A DNA stretch of 62,582 nucleotides, the filler included. It is 5 parts of 5 records of this genome, joined end to end, with 100 filler letters (N's around TTAATTAATTAA, not from the genome) between each part and the next. Parts side by side here need not be neighbours in the genome. Positions count along the whole stretch, not along the records: positions 1 to 15,064 come from SRR20825006_2555; positions 15,165 to 21,915 come from SRR20825006_2557; 3 more parts are not named here. One strand, written 5' to 3'. This document shows, in pieces, positions 9,890-20,284 of this stretch. A model generated the notes under the pieces. That model was not told the origin of the DNA and did not search any database. It saw nothing but the letters and a program-made list of their open reading frames with translations. Position 1 is the first letter of the stretch. Each line of letters starts with the position of its first letter. The position numbers and the translations under genes were made by a program.

Positions 9890-12800
9890 ATGTTGAATTC
9901 TGCACCTTTTCAAATATATAATGCCTCTGCTGGCTCTGGAAAAACTTTTACGCTTGTAAAAAAGTACTTAAGCATCCTTCTGAGTACTTCAAACATAGAC
10001 ACTTTCAAGCAAGTTTTGGCTATCACATTTACAAATAAAGCGGTAAATGAAATGAAGGAGCGGGTGCTAAATAATTTATATGAATTCTCTCAGGAGAGTA
10101 TTCTAACCAAACCTACACCCCTTTTTTCTATTATTAGTGAAGAACTTGCTATTTCTGAAGAAGAATTAAATGCTAGATCCAAGAAAATACTTACAAGAAT
10201 TCTACACAACTATGCCTTTTTTGATATTGTAACAATTGATAAATTTAACCATAGATTGCTTCGAACTTTTGCATTTGATTTAAAACTCCCCACTAATTTT
10301 GAAGTTTCTTTAGACGAAAAAACATTAACCCATGAGGCGGTAGACAATCTAATCTATCAGGCAGGAAACAACAAACTTCTTACCGATGTTTTAATAGATT
10401 TTGCATTAGAAAAAACCGATGATGATAAAAGTTGGGATATCTCTAGAGAGTTAAACGAAATTGCCAAGCTACTTTCTAACGAAGAATACATACACCATAT
10501 TGAAGCCTTAGAAAGCAAAAATTTAGAAGATTTTAAAGCGCTAGGAAAACAACTAAAAGAACTGATTGCTGAGCTGGAAACTGCAATTACAAGTAAAGCA
10601 AAAAACGTAATTGAAAAATTACACTCAAATCAGCTTGATGCCTCCTCTTTTAACCGCGGAACTTTATATAATCATTTCATTAAAATAATTGAAAATAATA
10701 TTGCTAGATTATATGAAAATAAGTTAGAAGAAAATTTAATTAACAATAGCCAACTATACACTAAAACCACCAACGACAGTATTAAGTCTACAATAGATGA
10801 GATAAGACCTTTTCTGTTAGAAAATTACTTAGAAATTAAAAATCACTTCGGTCAATTAAACTTTCTAAAAAACTTTTATAAAAATTTAGTTCCATTATCT
10901 CTTTTAAATGCTATAAATGCGGAGCTTAATAAAATTAAAGAAGAACGTAACTTATTGTTAATCTCCGAATTCAATAGGCTCATTTCTTCTGCTATTGCCA
11001 ACCAGCCTGCTCCCTTTATTTATGAGCGCATTGGAGAGAAATACAAGCACTATTTTATAGACGAGTTTCAAGACACCTCTTCTATGCAATGGAAAAACAT
11101 TCAACCTTTAATTTCTAACGCGCTAGAAGCCGAATTACCAAGCGGAAAAACTGGAAGTTTAATGATTGTTGGAGATGCTAAACAGGCTATTTATAGATGG
11201 AGAGGTGGAAAAGCAGAACAATTTATAGATTTGTACAATAAAAAGAATCCATTTCAAGCGGAAATAAATGTTGAAAATCTGCCTAAAAACTTCCGTAGTC
11301 ATGACAAAATAGTAGAATTCAACAACAACTTTTTTCAGCATATTTCTCAATACTTAAATAACGAAACCTATAGAGAACTGTTTGAAAAATACAGTAAACA
11401 AGAAACTAACAACAAAGCTGGAGGTTTTATTAATCTTACTTTTATAAACGAAAAAGAGAATAAAGAAAGTGAGGATAATCTCTATTGTACAGCCACTCAA
11501 AATGCCATTTCCTCATCTCTAGAAAAAGGATTTACATACAATGATATGTGTATTATAACTAGATCTAAAGCACAAGGAATTACTATTGCAAACTATCTAG
11601 CTGAACAAGAAATTCCAATTATTTCTTCGGAGACTTTACTTCTTAAAAACGATAAAAAAGTAGCTTTTTTAATAGATTTAATTACGTATTTTAATCAACC
11701 ATTAGACGCTGAAATTCACTTAAAGATATTGCGTTTTTTAGCTGAAAAAAATAAGGTAGAAAACCTACACGAATATTACAGTAAAAAGCTCTCCGATATA
11801 AATTCAGTATTCGAAGAAGAGAACTTTAATACCAAATATTTCCTACAACTCCCTTTTTATAACGCAGTAGAATATGCTATTAATGCGTTTGAAATTAGTA
11901 ATGGCAACGAAGCTTACTTACAGTTCTTTTTAGATGAAATAATATCTTTTACACAAAACAACAACGACAGTTTGAGTAACTTTCTAGCCTATTGGGAACA
12001 AAAGCAAGATAGTTTAAGCATTGTGGCTCCATCGTCTTCAAATGCTATTCAACTAATGACCATCCATAAATCTAAGGGTCTTGAATTTCCTGTGGTAATT
12101 TATCCTTTTGCAAACACTAGTATTTACGACTCTCGGAACTTTAATTTATGGTTTCCAGTTGATAAAAACCTTTTTGGAATAGACTACAGTCTCTTTAATT
12201 CTAAAAGCGCTATTGAAAACATAAACGACACAGGAAAACTGTTTGTTAAAGAGTATGAGGAAAAAGAAGAGCTCGATAATTTAAACCTATTATATGTTAC
12301 ATTAACGCGCGCTGTAGAGCAACTTCATATAATTTGCAAAAGAGAAATTAATACAAAAGGAGAGGAAAATGTAAAAACTTTTGCGGGACTCTTCATTAAC
12401 TTTTTAAAAGCTGAAGGACTTTGGAATGATAACAACACAGAATACACTCTTGGAGCTCCAGAAAAACATTCAGAAGTAAAAAAGAAACACTTGAGTACTT
12501 CTGAAGATATTCCGTTTATATCCAATGCTTCCTTTGGAAACTCCTTTGAATTAATTACTAAAAGTGGCTCTCTATGGGATACAAAGCAGCAAAGAGCTAT
12601 AGATAAAGGAAATATTTATCATCATTTATTATCTAAAATATTCTTCAGTCATGATGTAATTCCAACCATTGAAGAGGCTATAGGAAATGGCTTAATTCCT
12701 GAGACTGAAAAAGAACAATTTGAAAATTATCTTACAAATTTAACTCAACATCCTATGCTAGAAGCCTACTTTACTTCAGCATATAAAATTTTTAATGAAC

Positions 12801-13018
12801 GTGAAATTATTACTGCCGATGGAGTTTTTCTTCGTCCAGATAGATTTGTTGTTAAAAACAACGAAGTAACTATTATTGATTATAAAACTGGTTCTTTTTC
12901 TGAAACTTATAAAAACCAAATAAAAGGATACGCAAGCGCTATTTCTGAAATTGGTTACGAAGTGAAAGAAAAATTATTGGTTTTCGTAAATGAGAATATT
13001 GAAATTATAAAGGTATAG
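9890..13018 (+). CDS. UvrD/AddA-like helicase-nuclease
   Basis: ASAGSGKT Walker A, IDEFQD, VGDAKQAIYRWRG, TIHKSKGLEF, C-terminal PD-(D/E)xK (RPDR...IIDYKTG). Confidence 0.9.
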   Translation: MLNSAPFQIYNASAGSGKTFTLVKKYLSILLSTSNIDTFKQVLAITFTNKAVNEMKERVLNNLYEFSQESILTKPTPLFSIISEELAISEEELNARSKKILTRILHNYAFFDIVTIDKFNHRLLRTFAFDLKLPTNFEVSLDEKTLTHEAVDNLIYQAGNNKLLTDVLIDFALEKTDDDKSWDISRELNEIAKLLSNEEYIHHIEALESKNLEDFKALGKQLKELIAELETAITSKAKNVIEKLHSNQLDASSFNRGTLYNHFIKIIENNIARLYENKLEENLINNSQLYTKTTNDSIKSTIDEIRPFLLENYLEIKNHFGQLNFLKNFYKNLVPLSLLNAINAELNKIKEERNLLLISEFNRLISSAIANQPAPFIYERIGEKYKHYFIDEFQDTSSMQWKNIQPLISNALEAELPSGKTGSLMIVGDAKQAIYRWRGGKAEQFIDLYNKKNPFQAEINVENLPKNFRSHDKIVEFNNNFFQHISQYLNNETYRELFEKYSKQETNNKAGGFINLTFINEKENKESEDNLYCTATQNAISSSLEKGFTYNDMCIITRSKAQGITIANYLAEQEIPIISSETLLLKNDKKVAFLIDLITYFNQPLDAEIHLKILRFLAEKNKVENLHEYYSKKLSDINSVFEEENFNTKYFLQLPFYNAVEYAINAFEISNGNEAYLQFFLDEIISFTQNNNDSLSNFLAYWEQKQDSLSIVAPSSSNAIQLMTIHKSKGLEFPVVIYPFANTSIYDSRNFNLWFPVDKNLFGIDYSLFNSKSAIENINDTGKLFVKEYEEKEELDNLNLLYVTLTRAVEQLHIICKREINTKGEENVKTFAGLFINFLKAEGLWNDNNTEYTLGAPEKHSEVKKKHLSTSEDIPFISNASFGNSFELITKSGSLWDTKQQRAIDKGNIYHHLLSKIFFSHDVIPTIEEAIGNGLIPETEKEQFENYLTNLTQHPMLEAYFTSAYKIFNEREIITADGVFLRPDRFVVKNNEVTIIDYKTGSFSETYKNQIKGYASAISEIGYEVKEKLLVFVNENIEIIKV

Positions 13019-13056
13019 TTCCAATAATCCTATAACTTTGCAAAAAACAGAATACC

Positions 13057-14250
13057 ATGTACGGAAAAATAAAAGAACACCTAGAACAAGAATTAGCCGA
13101 TATTAAAGAGGCAGGACTTTATAAGAAAGAACGCATTATAACGTCCAAACAAGGAGCAGAAATTACTGTTGATACTGGAGAAACGGTATTAAACTTTTGT
13201 GCAAACAATTACCTTGGCTTATCATCACACCCAGAGGTAATTCAGGCAGCAAAAGACACATTAGATTCTCATGGCTTCGGAATGTCTTCGGTACGCTTTA
13301 TCTGTGGTACACAAGACATCCACAAGGAACTTGAGGGAAAAATAGCCGAATTCTACGGAACTGAAGACACCATTCTTTATGCAGCCGCTTTTGATGCTAA
13401 TGGAGGTATTTTTGAACCTTTACTAACTGCCGAAGATGCTATTATTTCAGATTCCTTAAATCATGCATCTATAATTGATGGGGTTAGATTATGCAAGGCA
13501 AAACGCTACCGTTATCAAAATAGCGATATGGCAGATCTCGAAAAACAATTACAACAAGCAAATGCAGACGGATCACGCTTTAAAATAATTGTAACAGACG
13601 GAGTATTTTCTATGGACGGCTTGGTTGCTCCTCTGGATAAAATTTGTGATCTAGCAGACAAATATGATGCCTTAGTAATGATAGACGAATGTCATGCTAC
13701 AGGTTTTATTGGAGAGACAGGAAGAGGTACTTTGGAAGAAAAAGGAGTGCTAGATAGAATTGATATTATAACAGGAACCCTTGGAAAAGCACTTGGTGGG
13801 GCAATGGGTGGTTATACTACCGGAAAGAAAGAAATTATAGAAATTTTACGTCAGCGTTCTCGTCCATATTTATTCTCAAATTCTCTAGCACCGAATATAG
13901 TTGGCGCATCAATAAAAGTTTTCGACATGTTGTCAAAAAGTACAGAACTTAGAGATAAACTTGAAGAAAACACAAAATATTTCAAAAAAGGAATGAAAAA
14001 TGCGGGTTTTGATATCATTGACGGAGATTCAGCAATAGTTCCAGTAATGCTTTATGATGCCAAATTATCGCAGACTATGGCCGATGAGCTTTTAGAAAAA
14101 GGAATATATGTTATAGGATTTTTCTACCCTGTTGTACCTAAAGAAAAAGCTCGAATTAGAGTTCAATTATCGGCTGCGCATACCCGAGAACACTTGGATA
14201 GAGCCATAAATGCCTTTACCGAAGTTGGGAAGAAATTAGGGGTAGTTTAA
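13057..14250 (+). CDS. kbl: Glycine C-acetyltransferase (2-amino-3-ketobutyrate CoA ligase)
   Basis: [46 protein letters not shown] -7 element at 13033-13040. Confidence 0.96.
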   Translation: MYGKIKEHLEQELADIKEAGLYKKERIITSKQGAEITVDTGETVLNFCANNYLGLSSHPEVIQAAKDTLDSHGFGMSSVRFICGTQDIHKELEGKIAEFYGTEDTILYAAAFDANGGIFEPLLTAEDAIISDSLNHASIIDGVRLCKAKRYRYQNSDMADLEKQLQQANADGSRFKIIVTDGVFSMDGLVAPLDKICDLADKYDALVMIDECHATGFIGETGRGTLEEKGVLDRIDIITGTLGKALGGAMGGYTTGKKEIIEILRQRSRPYLFSNSLAPNIVGASIKVFDMLSKSTELRDKLEENTKYFKKGMKNAGFDIIDGDSAIVPVMLYDAKLSQTMADELLEKGIYVIGFFYPVVPKEKARIRVQLSAAHTREHLDRAINAFTEVGKKLGVV

Positions 14251-14359
14251 ACTACATCTCTTTTCATTTTAACTAAAAAATTATATATTTGTTTTTGTTA
14301 ATAAGTTGTAACAACTTACATTTGTCTTTAAATTAACACTTAAAATTAAATAATTGAAC

Positions 14360-15064
14360 ATGAAACATCTTAGCAAATTACTAGTTGCTGCGTTCCTTTT
14401 TGTAGGAATTAGCAACATGAATGCTCAAGACCAAAACAATCCATGGCAAATCGCATTTGGGGTAAACGCAGTTGATGCATACCCAACAAATTCTGATAGA
14501 CCATATGCTTCTGAAGCTTGGTTCGACGAGTATTTCAACGCAAGTGATCACTGGAACATCCTACCTTCTATTTCTTACGTATCTGTTTCTAAGTACGTAG
14601 GTAGTGGAATCTCTTTAGGAGTTCGTGGATCACTTAACAAAATTGAAAACCTTGGTGACACTAGTGTAGATGATTTATCTTACTACGGTGTAGATGGTAC
14701 TATTAAGTACAACTTTACTCAAGGTCATGTATTTGATCCATTCATCGAAATCGGTGGGGGTTATACATGGTTAGACGAAATTGGAGCTGGAACTCTTAAC
14801 GGAGGTGTTGGTTTCAATGTATGGTTTACTGAAAACCTTGGTCTTACTGTACAAACTGGATACAAGCATGTATTCGAAGATTACAGCACTCCTCACTTCC
14901 AACACTTAGCTGGTCTTGCTATCAAATTTGGTGGTACTGACTCTGACGGAGATGGTGTATACGATAAAGACGATGCTTGTCCTGAAGTTCCTGGTTTAAA
15001 AGCTTTCAACGGTTGTCCTGATTCTGACGGAGATGGTATCGAAGATTCTAAAGATGCTTGTCCT
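14360..15064 (+). CDS. OmpA-family outer membrane protein, 3' truncated by contig end
   Basis: Signal peptide, beta-barrel, then thrombospondin type-3-like repeats ([30 protein letters not shown]) at the break. Confidence 0.85.
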
Positions 15065-15164
15065 NNNNNNNNNNNNNNNNNNNNNNNNNNNNNNNNNNNN
15101 NNNNNNNNTTAATTAATTAANNNNNNNNNNNNNNNNNNNNNNNNNNNNNNNNNNNNNNNNNNNN
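15065..15164. other. Artificial contig linker (N44-TTAATTAATTAA-N44)
   Basis: Identical 100-bp spacer with stops in all six frames. Confidence 0.99.
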
Positions 15165-15165
15165 T

Positions 15166-15267
15166 TATCAATTTTTATTTGATGCTGGCGCTGTAGCTGT
15201 TTTTGGACCTGGAACCAAAGTAAGTGAAGCCGCTATTAAAATTTTAGAAATTTTGATTGAGGAGTGA
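15166..15267 (+). CDS. scpA: C-terminal fragment of methylmalonyl-CoA mutase (B12-binding domain end)
   Basis: Manual translation YQFLFDAGAVAVFGPGTKVSEAAIKILEILIEE*, matching the conserved ..FGPGT.. mutase C-terminus; absent from the ORF track. Confidence 0.8.
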   Translation, partial: YQFLFDAGAVAVFGPGTKVSEAAIKILEILIEE

Positions 15268-15525
15268 GGAAGTCGGAAGATTAAATAATTAAAAGATTAA
15301 AGGATTGAAAGATTGAAGGATTGAAAGACTTGGGAGTCGGAAGTTTAAAAAAATCTTTACAATTTTGAGATTTTGAACCTGAAATTAATAGAAAAGAAAC
15401 CAGAAACAGGAAACAGGAAACTAGAAACATCAGAATTTAATCCCCTTTGCGACTTTACACATCTTTAATTTTTTAACTTTCAACCTTTAACTTTTCAACT
15501 TTCAACTCTAAACTTTAAACTAACT
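15268..15525. repeat. Cluster of degenerate 7-8-mer tandem repeats
   Basis: AAGATTRA-type run 15277-15330, GAAAC-NG-type run 15396-15429, AACTTT(C/T)-type run 15475-15520, GG(A/G)AGTCGGAAG twice. Confidence 0.7.
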
Positions 15526-15538
15526 AAAAAACATACAT

Positions 15539-16420
15539 ATGAAATACACAGATAAAATGCTTCGTGATGGAGCGCTTGAAGGAAAATCAATAGTAGTAAC
15601 AGGTGGTGGTAGCGGTTTAGGCAAAGCTATGACCAAATACTTTTTAGAGTTAGGAGCCAATGTTGCTATTACCTCTAGAAGTCTTGAAAAATTAGAAACT
15701 ACAGCTAAAGAACTAGAGGCTGAAACAAGTGGAACTTGCTTTGCTGTAGCTTGCGATGTTCGCCATTATGACCAAGTAGAAGCAATGCGAGATAAAGTAA
15801 TTGCCAAATTTGGAAAAATAGATGTACTTCTTAATAATGCAGCTGGCAACTTTATATCTCCTACAGAAAGACTTTCTGCTAATGCATTTGATACCATTAT
15901 TGACATTGTATTAAAAGGGACCAAAAACTGTACACTAGCTTTTGGAAAACATTGGATAGATACAAAGCAAGAAAACACCAATGTATTAAATATTGTAACC
16001 ACCTATGCTTGGACAGGCTCTGCATATGTAGTTCCATCTGCTACAGCAAAAGCTGGAGTATTAGCACTTACAAGAAGTTTAGCCGTAGAATGGGCAAAAT
16101 ACGGAATGCGTTTTAATGCAATTGCCCCAGGCCCCTTTCCTACAAAAGGTGCATGGGATAGATTGTTGCCGGGCGACTTAAAAGAGAAATTCGACTTAGC
16201 TAAAAAAGTGCCTTTAAAAAGAGTTGGCAATCATCAAGAATTAGCAAATCTTGCCGCTTATATGGTTTCAGATTTTGGAGCATATCTTAACGGAGAAGTA
16301 ATTACTTTAGATGGAGGAGAGTGGTTAAAAGGTGCTGGTCAATTTAATTTGTTAGAAGCTGTACCAGAAGAAATGTGGGATATGCTAGAAGCAATGATTC
16401 GCAGTAAAAAGAAGCAATAA
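15539..16420 (+). CDS. SDR oxidoreductase, 2,4-dienoyl-CoA reductase-like
   Basis: TGGGSGLG, NNAAGNF, SATAKAGV, IAPGPFPT. Confidence 0.88.
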   Translation: MKYTDKMLRDGALEGKSIVVTGGGSGLGKAMTKYFLELGANVAITSRSLEKLETTAKELEAETSGTCFAVACDVRHYDQVEAMRDKVIAKFGKIDVLLNNAAGNFISPTERLSANAFDTIIDIVLKGTKNCTLAFGKHWIDTKQENTNVLNIVTTYAWTGSAYVVPSATAKAGVLALTRSLAVEWAKYGMRFNAIAPGPFPTKGAWDRLLPGDLKEKFDLAKKVPLKRVGNHQELANLAAYMVSDFGAYLNGEVITLDGGEWLKGAGQFNLLEAVPEEMWDMLEAMIRSKKKQ

Positions 16421-16895
16421 AATAGTATTAAGTATTTTGTACATAAGATTAAAATATTGAAAGATTAAAGGATTAAAAAATTTTATTACTTATTTTACTT
16501 TGCCTCTTTGAGTTGAAAGTTGAAGGAAACACGTATAAAGATTCTTTTTCTTCGGACTTCGGACTCCCGACTTCTCTTTCATTCACAAATTTACAACTAT
16601 ACCCCTCTGCTACGAAGAAACAAACTATCCATAAAAAGCAATGAAGTAGATGCGTGAATCTGTGGCTATAATCTATAAAGATTAAAATATTTTTAAACCA
16701 TGTTTAAAACCAAAAAACTTTCAGAAAAAAGCATCTATAAAAAAAATTATCAACTGAAATACAAATAAATATCCTATAGATAATCTATGCTTCGATGAGG
16801 TGTTGAATAACTGTTAACAAAATTCATTTTCTAAACTCGCAAATAGTTGTATTTTTACCTAACTATAATTTACCTTACTAAATCGAATTTCAAAC

Positions 16896-17669
16896 ATGGG
16901 CAAAGTAATTGCTGTAGCTAATCAAAAAGGTGGTGTTGGAAAAACTACAACATCTGTAAACCTCGCTGCTTCTTTGGGAGTACTTGAGAAAAAAGTACTT
17001 CTTATTGATGCAGACCCCCAAGCGAATGCTACTTCTGGTCTCGGTATTGATGTTGAGTCGGTTGAAGGAGGTACATATCAATTATTAGAGCATTCTGTAA
17101 AACCAGAAGACACTATTATTAAGACGGATTCCCCAAACGTTGATTTAATACCTGCCCATATAGATCTTGTAGCTATCGAAATAGAATTGGTAGACAAAGA
17201 CTCAAGAGAATATATGTTGGCTAAAGCTATGGAACGACTGAAGGATTCTTACGATTATATTTTAATTGATTGTGCGCCTTCTCTTGGCCTATTAACATTA
17301 AATGCTTTAACAGCATCAGACTCGGTTATCATTCCTATTCAATGTGAATATTTTGCATTAGAAGGACTTGGAAAACTATTGAATACTATAAAAAGTGTTC
17401 AGAAAATACACAATCCTAATCTAGATATAGAAGGGTTATTACTCACCATGTATGACTCTAGATTAAGACTTTCTAACCAAGTGGTAGAAGAAGTGCAAAA
17501 ACACTTTAGTGAAATGGTATTTGATACCATAATCCAACGAAATGTTCGTTTAAGTGAAGCACCAAGTTATGGAGAAACAATTATTAATTATGATGCTACA
17601 AGTAAAGGTGCTACCAATTACCTAAGCTTAGCACATGAAATAATTAAAAAGAATAAGCAAACAGTTTAA
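16896..17669 (+). CDS. parA: ParA/Soj chromosome partitioning ATPase
   Basis: NQKGGVGKTT, DADPQAN, DCAPSLG, RLSEAPS. Confidence 0.95.
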   Translation: MGKVIAVANQKGGVGKTTTSVNLAASLGVLEKKVLLIDADPQANATSGLGIDVESVEGGTYQLLEHSVKPEDTIIKTDSPNVDLIPAHIDLVAIEIELVDKDSREYMLAKAMERLKDSYDYILIDCAPSLGLLTLNALTASDSVIIPIQCEYFALEGLGKLLNTIKSVQKIHNPNLDIEGLLLTMYDSRLRLSNQVVEEVQKHFSEMVFDTIIQRNVRLSEAPSYGETIINYDATSKGATNYLSLAHEIIKKNKQTV

Positions 17670-18566
17670 ATGGCAAAGGCAACAAAAAAACAAGCTTTAG
17701 GAAGAGGGTTATCTGCTTTATTAAACGACCCTGAAAACGATATTAAATCGGCTTCAGATAAAAATGCAGATAAAGTAGTAGGTAGTATTGTGGAATTGGA
17801 TATTGATGCCATTGAAGTAAATCCATTTCAGCCACGTACTAATTTTAACGAAGAAACGTTACAAGAACTTTCTACTTCTATTAAGGAATTGGGTGTTATA
17901 CAACCAATTACCGTTAGAAAAATGGAGTTTAACCAATACCAATTGGTTTCTGGAGAAAGACGTTTAAGAGCTTCTAAATTAGCAGGATTAAAAGCAATCC
18001 CTGCTTATATCCGTATTGCTAACGACCAAGAGTCGCTAGAAATGGCATTAGTTGAAAACATTCAGCGTCAGGATCTAGACCCTATTGAAATTTCATTATC
18101 ATACCAACGTCTTATAGACGAAATTAATATTACGCAAGAGCAACTTAGTGACCGTGTGGGTAAAAAACGTTCTACCATTACCAATTACCTACGTTTATTA
18201 AAACTAGACCCAATTATTCAAACAGGAATGCGCGACGGTTTTGTAAGCATGGGGCATGGAAGAGCTTTGATTAATATTGAAAATAAAAAAGACCAGTTAG
18301 AAATCTACGAAAAGGTAATTACTAATAATCTTTCTGTTAGAGAAACCGAAAAATTAGTTAGAGAATATCAAACTGGAAAGGAACAGAAAACAGAAAAAAC
18401 CACTACTTCTGAAGTTCCAGAATACATCTCAAAAAATGTAGAGGAACTTACCGAATACTTTTCTTCTAAAGTAGACGTTAAAGTAGCAAAGAATGGTAAA
18501 GGAAAGTTTATTATTCCTTTTCATTCAAAAGAAGACTTTTTACGCCTCACAAAACTTTTTAAATAG
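17670..18566 (+). CDS. parB: ParB/Spo0J partition protein
   Basis: LGRGLSALL, NPFQPR, GERRLRA, ENIQRQDL. Confidence 0.95.
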   Translation: MAKATKKQALGRGLSALLNDPENDIKSASDKNADKVVGSIVELDIDAIEVNPFQPRTNFNEETLQELSTSIKELGVIQPITVRKMEFNQYQLVSGERRLRASKLAGLKAIPAYIRIANDQESLEMALVENIQRQDLDPIEISLSYQRLIDEINITQEQLSDRVGKKRSTITNYLRLLKLDPIIQTGMRDGFVSMGHGRALINIENKKDQLEIYEKVITNNLSVRETEKLVREYQTGKEQKTEKTTTSEVPEYISKNVEELTEYFSSKVDVKVAKNGKGKFIIPFHSKEDFLRLTKLFK

Positions 18567-19330
18567 TGTTTAAAAGAAGTATTGCCGTTTTATTTTTATT
18601 ACTTTTTCATTTTATTTCATCAGCTCAAGAAAAAGTAATCGACTCAGTAAGTAAAAATACCGAGGTCGATGCCACGCATGAAATGACCAAAAGAGAATTG
18701 CGAAAACTTGAAAAAGAAGCCCAAGATTCTCTTCAGAAATACGAAGAAGCAGATACTTTAGCAATTGCTTCTGACACTCTGTCGAGAAGAGAAAAACGCA
18801 AACTTAGAAAGCAACGAGAAATAGATAGTTTAGCAAGTTTAAACATCGATATTGATCCGCTTTCTCCTGCAAAAGCTGCATTTTATTCTGCCATTCTCCC
18901 TGGTTTAGGTCAGATTTACAATAAAACCTATTGGAAAGTACCTATTGTATATGGAGCAATTGGAACTGGAATGTATTTTTACATTAACAATACCAATTAT
19001 TACAATAAATATCGGGATGCCTATAAACGTAGGTTAGCAGGATTTTATGACGACGAGTTTTACGATATTAATGGAGACGGAGTAATTCCTGGAACTCCAG
19101 ATGTTAGTGATGATGCTTTAAGAGATGCGCAAGAATACTATCAACAAAATAGAGATTTATCTCTCCTAATTACGATAGGATTGTACGCCTTAAATATTAT
19201 TGATGCCAATGTTACTGCACATCTAAAACAATTTAACGTGAGCGATAAACTTGCATTAAAACCTTATTACGAATACAATCAAATTGACTACACTCCCAAC
19301 TATGGAATGCGGTTAAGTTTGAGCTTTTAA
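18566..19330 (+). CDS. DUF5683-family membrane protein
   Basis: PAKAAFYSAILPGLGQIYN-K-YWK and NIIDANV motifs; parB-DUF5683-dapB-lepB order typical of Bacteroidetes. Confidence 0.75.
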   Translation: MFKRSIAVLFLLLFHFISSAQEKVIDSVSKNTEVDATHEMTKRELRKLEKEAQDSLQKYEEADTLAIASDTLSRREKRKLRKQREIDSLASLNIDIDPLSPAKAAFYSAILPGLGQIYNKTYWKVPIVYGAIGTGMYFYINNTNYYNKYRDAYKRRLAGFYDDEFYDINGDGVIPGTPDVSDDALRDAQEYYQQNRDLSLLITIGLYALNIIDANVTAHLKQFNVSDKLALKPYYEYNQIDYTPNYGMRLSLSF

Positions 19331-19452
19331 CCTCTTGATGCCTGTTCTGCGGACTCTGCGTCGATTTGAATTAAGGTTTTTTCGTTTGAACCCCTTACAA
19401 AAATCACCTCAATGCAGTTAACAAGCTAACTATAAATATTATAAATAAAAAC

Positions 19453-20154
19453 ATGAAAATAGCTTTACTTGGATATGGAAAAATGGGAAAAATGATTGAG
19501 CAAATTGCTATTTCCCGAGGACATGAAATTGTAGCCAAAGTAGACGAAAGTACACAAGATTTTGATATTAAAACTGCCGATGTAGCCATCGATTTTAGTA
19601 TCCCTTCTGTTGCTTTTAAAAATATTTCTCTTTGTTTAGAGAACAATGTTCCTGTTATATCTGGAACTACTGGTTGGCTTAACAACTATGATAAAGCAGT
19701 AGAACTCTGCAACAAAAATAATGGCGCTTTTATTTATGCTTCTAACTTTAGCTTAGGAGTAAATGTTTTTTTTCAGCTGAATGAATATTTAGCTAAAATG
19801 ATGAAAAACCTCTCTCAATATGAGGTAGCTATTGAAGAAATTCACCATACTCAAAAATTAGATGCTCCTAGTGGAACAGCCATTACACTTGCTGAAGGAA
19901 TTATAAACAACTCCAACAAAGAAGCTTGGAAACTTGAGGAGGCTGCATCAAATGAAATTCCGATTACAGCTTTACGAGAGCCTGAAGTTCCTGGAACACA
20001 TACTATTTCTTATAAAAGCGAGGTAGACACCATTGATATTAAGCATACAGCTCACAACAGAGAAGGTTTTGCTCTAGGAGCTGTGGTTGCTTCAGAATGG
20101 ATTATCGGCAAAACAGGAGTTTTTAGTATGAAAGATGTGTTAAACTTGGGTTAA
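19453..20154 (+). CDS. dapB: 4-hydroxy-tetrahydrodipicolinate reductase
   Basis: GYGKMG, GTTGW, SNFSLGVN, EIHHTQKLDAPSGTA. Confidence 0.96.
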   Translation: MKIALLGYGKMGKMIEQIAISRGHEIVAKVDESTQDFDIKTADVAIDFSIPSVAFKNISLCLENNVPVISGTTGWLNNYDKAVELCNKNNGAFIYASNFSLGVNVFFQLNEYLAKMMKNLSQYEVAIEEIHHTQKLDAPSGTAITLAEGIINNSNKEAWKLEEAASNEIPITALREPEVPGTHTISYKSEVDTIDIKHTAHNREGFALGAVVASEWIIGKTGVFSMKDVLNLG

Positions 20155-20284
20155 AAACATCCTTTTTGGGTTCTAAATATAGGCACATACGCTTATTAAA
20201 CCGATAAAAAATATATTTTTACCGTAACTAAAATCCTTTTTGATAGTCTTATAGACATATCAAATAGGAACAAAGCATATTATT

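Noticed and set aside
9890-13018. UvrD helicase-nuclease as a defence system component
   Set aside because: AddA-like architecture in a housekeeping neighbourhood (sodA, kbl, ompA); no defence partners visible.
15268-15525. Short repeats as a CRISPR array
   Set aside because: Degenerate 7-8-mers in tandem without constant 25-45-bp repeats, unique spacers or cas genes.
16896-18566. parAB as evidence of a plasmid or ICE
   Set aside because: parA-parB-DUF5683-dapB-lepB is the usual chromosomal arrangement in Bacteroidetes.
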